Shown: piece after piece, positions 60,921 through 64,000 of the stretch | How the letters are laid out: each line of letters opens with the position of its first letter | Position numbering within the stretch: position 1 is the stretch's first letter | Assembly: GCA_051294905.1 (NCBI GenBank) | Contig: CM119371.1 | Span: forward strand, 25,856,001 to 25,920,000 | DNA: 64,000 nucleotides | DNA from: Botryllus schlosseri | Taxonomy: Eukaryota | Direction: 5' to 3' | Translations under genes and position numbers: made by a program | Notes under the pieces: generated by a model | Databases searched by the model: none | What the model was told of the DNA's origin: nothing | Seen by the model: the letters and a program-made list of their open reading frames with translations, nothing else

Positions 60921-61020
60921 GATCAAGCTTTACGTGGAGATGGTCTTTCTGCTAGTACCGTGTCTCGCTAGCCCCCGAAAGCGTTTCCCGGTATCGTGTG
61001 CAGCTCAGAGCTCAAAATAA
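60921..61020 (+). pseudogene. Possible next sulfotransferase exon, degraded
   Basis: Strong acceptor TTTCCTTTCCCCACAG in compatible phase; reads (G)SSFT, then after a 1-nt shift EMVFLL...RFP, resembling GTTWxQEMVWLI...RFP. Confidence 0.45.
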
Positions 61021-61423
61021 ATTGAAATTGATGACAGTAATCCTTTGTTTTATCCCTTTAATAATAAAATATTACGGTACTTCTTTTGAGGACAGTATAC
61101 CATACCCATCGCCTGTGTTAGGTAGCACAGCGTTGTACTGACGAAAAGTTTTAAAACGTGGTTGCCTACTTTATATCTACATTCAATTCATGCGGCCCGC
61201 GGCCGCTACGAAGTTTGAAAAGTGGCCCGCGACCCGTTTTGAGTTGGCGACCCCTGGCGCAAGCGGTCCCTTAAAAAAGCCTAGAAGCGGGCCCTGCTGC
61301 ATGTTGGTAAACATTAAGTGTTAATAACGACTCGAGTCGTGATTTTTCAGTGGACTGGACTTGACTGGAGTCTTTTTATTAAATATGGAAAATGACTCGA
61401 AGTGGGCTAATTTGTGTATTGGC

Positions 61424-62322
61424 GAGTGTTGGGATGACTCAAGTCATGACTTGAATCGAGTCACTTTGTCAAAATGACTTGACTTGACCTGACTCGACGT
61501 ATCAGAAATGTGGATTGACTCGTGACTTGGAGCAAAATTCACGAGTCAAATTCAAGTCACCAAGTAATCGGTGTCGATAAGAATCGCTGTATCCTGCATA
61601 TGGCCGGATTGTTCGCCAAACGCTGGTGTAACCCGTGAGAGCGACCAATCAGGCAATGATCGTGCATTTTACTGAACCTCCATTGTTATCTTTAGCAAAT
61701 AAATCGACTGCAAACGAAGTGATCGAAGCTTACAGCTTACGTTGTCGTAAATTAGTACAGTATCGTAATTTTATAGCAAAATGTCTATTTCTGCTCTCTG
61801 TTCTTACCTTAACCAAAGTTCAAACCTCTTTTTTACTGAAATTGAATTCGAATATAGTTTGTATAGTCCTCAACCATTGGCGCAGGCTGGAATTGTATCA
61901 TATCAATTTGTGAATGATTATAATGTAGCCTATTGCATCTTATGAGTTTGTTTCCCTATTCTCTATTTTGGCTGGTAACCATGAACTCAGGCTATGCAAT
62001 TACTAACGTAGTAGAGCATTTATTCGTATACGTGGGCGATACCGCGCCTCCTTGCGTGTATATTTAACTCTATATTCGTTCATCGGTTCAGAATCAATGA
62101 CCACTCAATCTGTATTTCAGACATCTAGCAAAATGCAATGACGTAATCATGCCTCATGCTGCGAGAAGGCAAGTGGACTTGAATTTTGACTTGACTCGTG
62201 ACTTGACTTGACTCGACTTGACTCGAGTCACCTTCGTAAATCGATTGACTTGACTCGAGTCAAAATGTGCAATGACTCGAAATGACTCGTGACTCGAAGG
62301 TAGTGATTTGATCCCAACACTG
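61424..62322. mobile_element. GACTC-repeat element nested in an older similar element (~61316-62995)
   Basis: TIR GAGTGTTGGGAT / ATCCCAACACTG; TSD GTATTGGC/GTATTGAC; a related right end lies near 20695-20860. Confidence 0.75.
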
Positions 62323-63084
62323 GTATTGACTCGACTTGTATTCAAGTCACATGACTCGATACTGTGACATCGAATAACAGTAAGCTACCACACTATTGCT
62401 ATTTCGTCTATCGGTAGGCTACCTGCATTTGTATAATTCGGGTCAGAAACTGCGTAAAGTGAGGAAACCGACTACGGAATATCATGAATGCGAGGCGTTC
62501 AACATCACCCAGACATAGTCATAAAATCCTGAGCTTAGCAAGATTGAACGCGAAAGTGACTTGGTGTCGGACTCGGCTGATTTTTATCGACACCATTTTC
62601 CGGATGACTTGAAATTGATTCGTGTATTTTGCTCCGAGTCCCGAGTCAATCCGCATTTTCGATACGCCGAGTCAAGTCAACCTCTTTTCGCGAAGGGACT
62701 CGAGTCATCCCAAGCCTGTCTTCTAGCGACCAATTCACTAGTAACCATCACCGTGAGATACTGGAGCTGTAGTGCATTGCCACAATTGCAAACAATTATT
62801 GACTCGCGAATAACGGGACGTGGGTTGTAATCAAGTCACACGGTTCAGAGTCAAAAGTAAATCTCATTTTTATAGGTTTTACGCGAGTCAAGTCGAGTGA
62901 TTTTCAATTCACCACCGAGCCAAGTCCGAGTCCAAGTCATTTTGTTCACTGTCCAGTTTTGAGTTCAATCAGGTTAATCCCACTTGTTACAAATCTTCTC
63001 GAGTGACATAGAACGGCTCGCATTCATAATATCGTAATTATCCTCATTCCTCATTTCTGGCCCTATTTTCCTAGTATCAGGAAT

Positions 63085-63310
63085 GAGTATTGCTTTCACA
63101 ATTACGTTCATTGCAGTAAAGAATTTATCAAGTCAAAGACTCTTCGTGTGCCCCTTATCGAGAGTTAACGGCACAATAACAAGCATACAGAACGATATTC
63201 AAACGAAAAACCAAATTGGCAAAGTATTACTCTCGATAAGGGGCACACGAAAAGTCTTTGAGTTAATAAATACTTTACTGCAATGAATGTAGTGGTGAAA
63301 GTGATAGTAC
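63085..63310. repeat. Short palindromic element
   Basis: TTCGTGTGCCCCTTATCGAGAGT / ACTCTCGATAAGGGGCACACGAA and CATTGCAGTAAAG / CTTTACTGCAATG. Confidence 0.8.
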
Positions 63311-64000
63311 CGCCAACCATATTTTCAAGTATCAGATCTGACAGACGAAATCCCAATAACGTGGTTGCTTTACTATTCTTCAAAGTTACAATGAGATATC
63401 GGTCTTGGCCGTCCTAGTCTCGAGTCAATACACAACCATGACGAGACGTGAAAGAACGTACCAAAGCGGCATGCTCAAAATTACAAGTATTATTCTGTTA
63501 TCTTCGAATAGTATATTCATGTTGAAATGAACCCGAATATTTTCGGCTGACACTCGTCAGGGGTATTCGTCAGCAACTAGCAGACAATCAGAAAGAACAT
63601 TGCTGATATGCTATTCAATTGCATACTGAAATTCTGTGCCTCCAAGAAGCTCTGTTATCTTTACGCATCTAACATACCGGTATCTACATTAGGGGTCTTC
63701 AAAAACAACTTTCTTTCTCAAATTGGTACTGGCCAACGCAACGCATCAAATGATGTTCAAATGATGTACAAACGATGTTCACCAAATTTGATTCAATTTC
63801 AAACAGTGGACGCGGAGTTATTGCCGTCGAAAAATTTGGATTATGAATAAAACAGTATTTACGGTGACCAATACTTTAAATATTTATTACAGTGGTGCCC
63901 ACCGTAAATACTACTTCATTGAAGTCCAAATTTTTCGACGGCAATATCTCCGCGTCCACTGTTTGGAATTGAACCAAATTTGGTGAGCATCGTTTCTATA

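Overview
Repeat-rich eukaryotic DNA, probably an invertebrate animal; the species cannot be determined from the sequence. The flanks (1-31 kb and 54-64 kb) contain many short DNA-transposon insertions with 8-bp target-site duplications (TSDs), several nested. They also contain a LINE reverse-transcriptase relic, SINE-like heads, an intronless caspase pseudogene and two degraded sulfotransferase-like exons. The core (31.2-54.0 kb, left edge hidden by a 100-N gap) is a tandem array of 2186-bp units, each containing a U6 snRNA gene with PSE/TATA promoter. One U6 copy is interrupted exactly after GCGCAA by a head-to-tail dimer of an 8.5-kb Dada-type DNA transposon encoding an intact 1252-aa DDE transposase. 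Main observation: the 2186-bp U6 unit is itself bounded by both Dada-type termini, and the array stops exactly at one of them. It therefore looks like a non-autonomous Dada element carrying the U6 gene that the autonomous element targets. The transposon junctions and the U6 target share one geometry, CAGAGAAGA-N14-N6-N14-TCTTCTCTG, and the central hexamer is not duplicated from the target.
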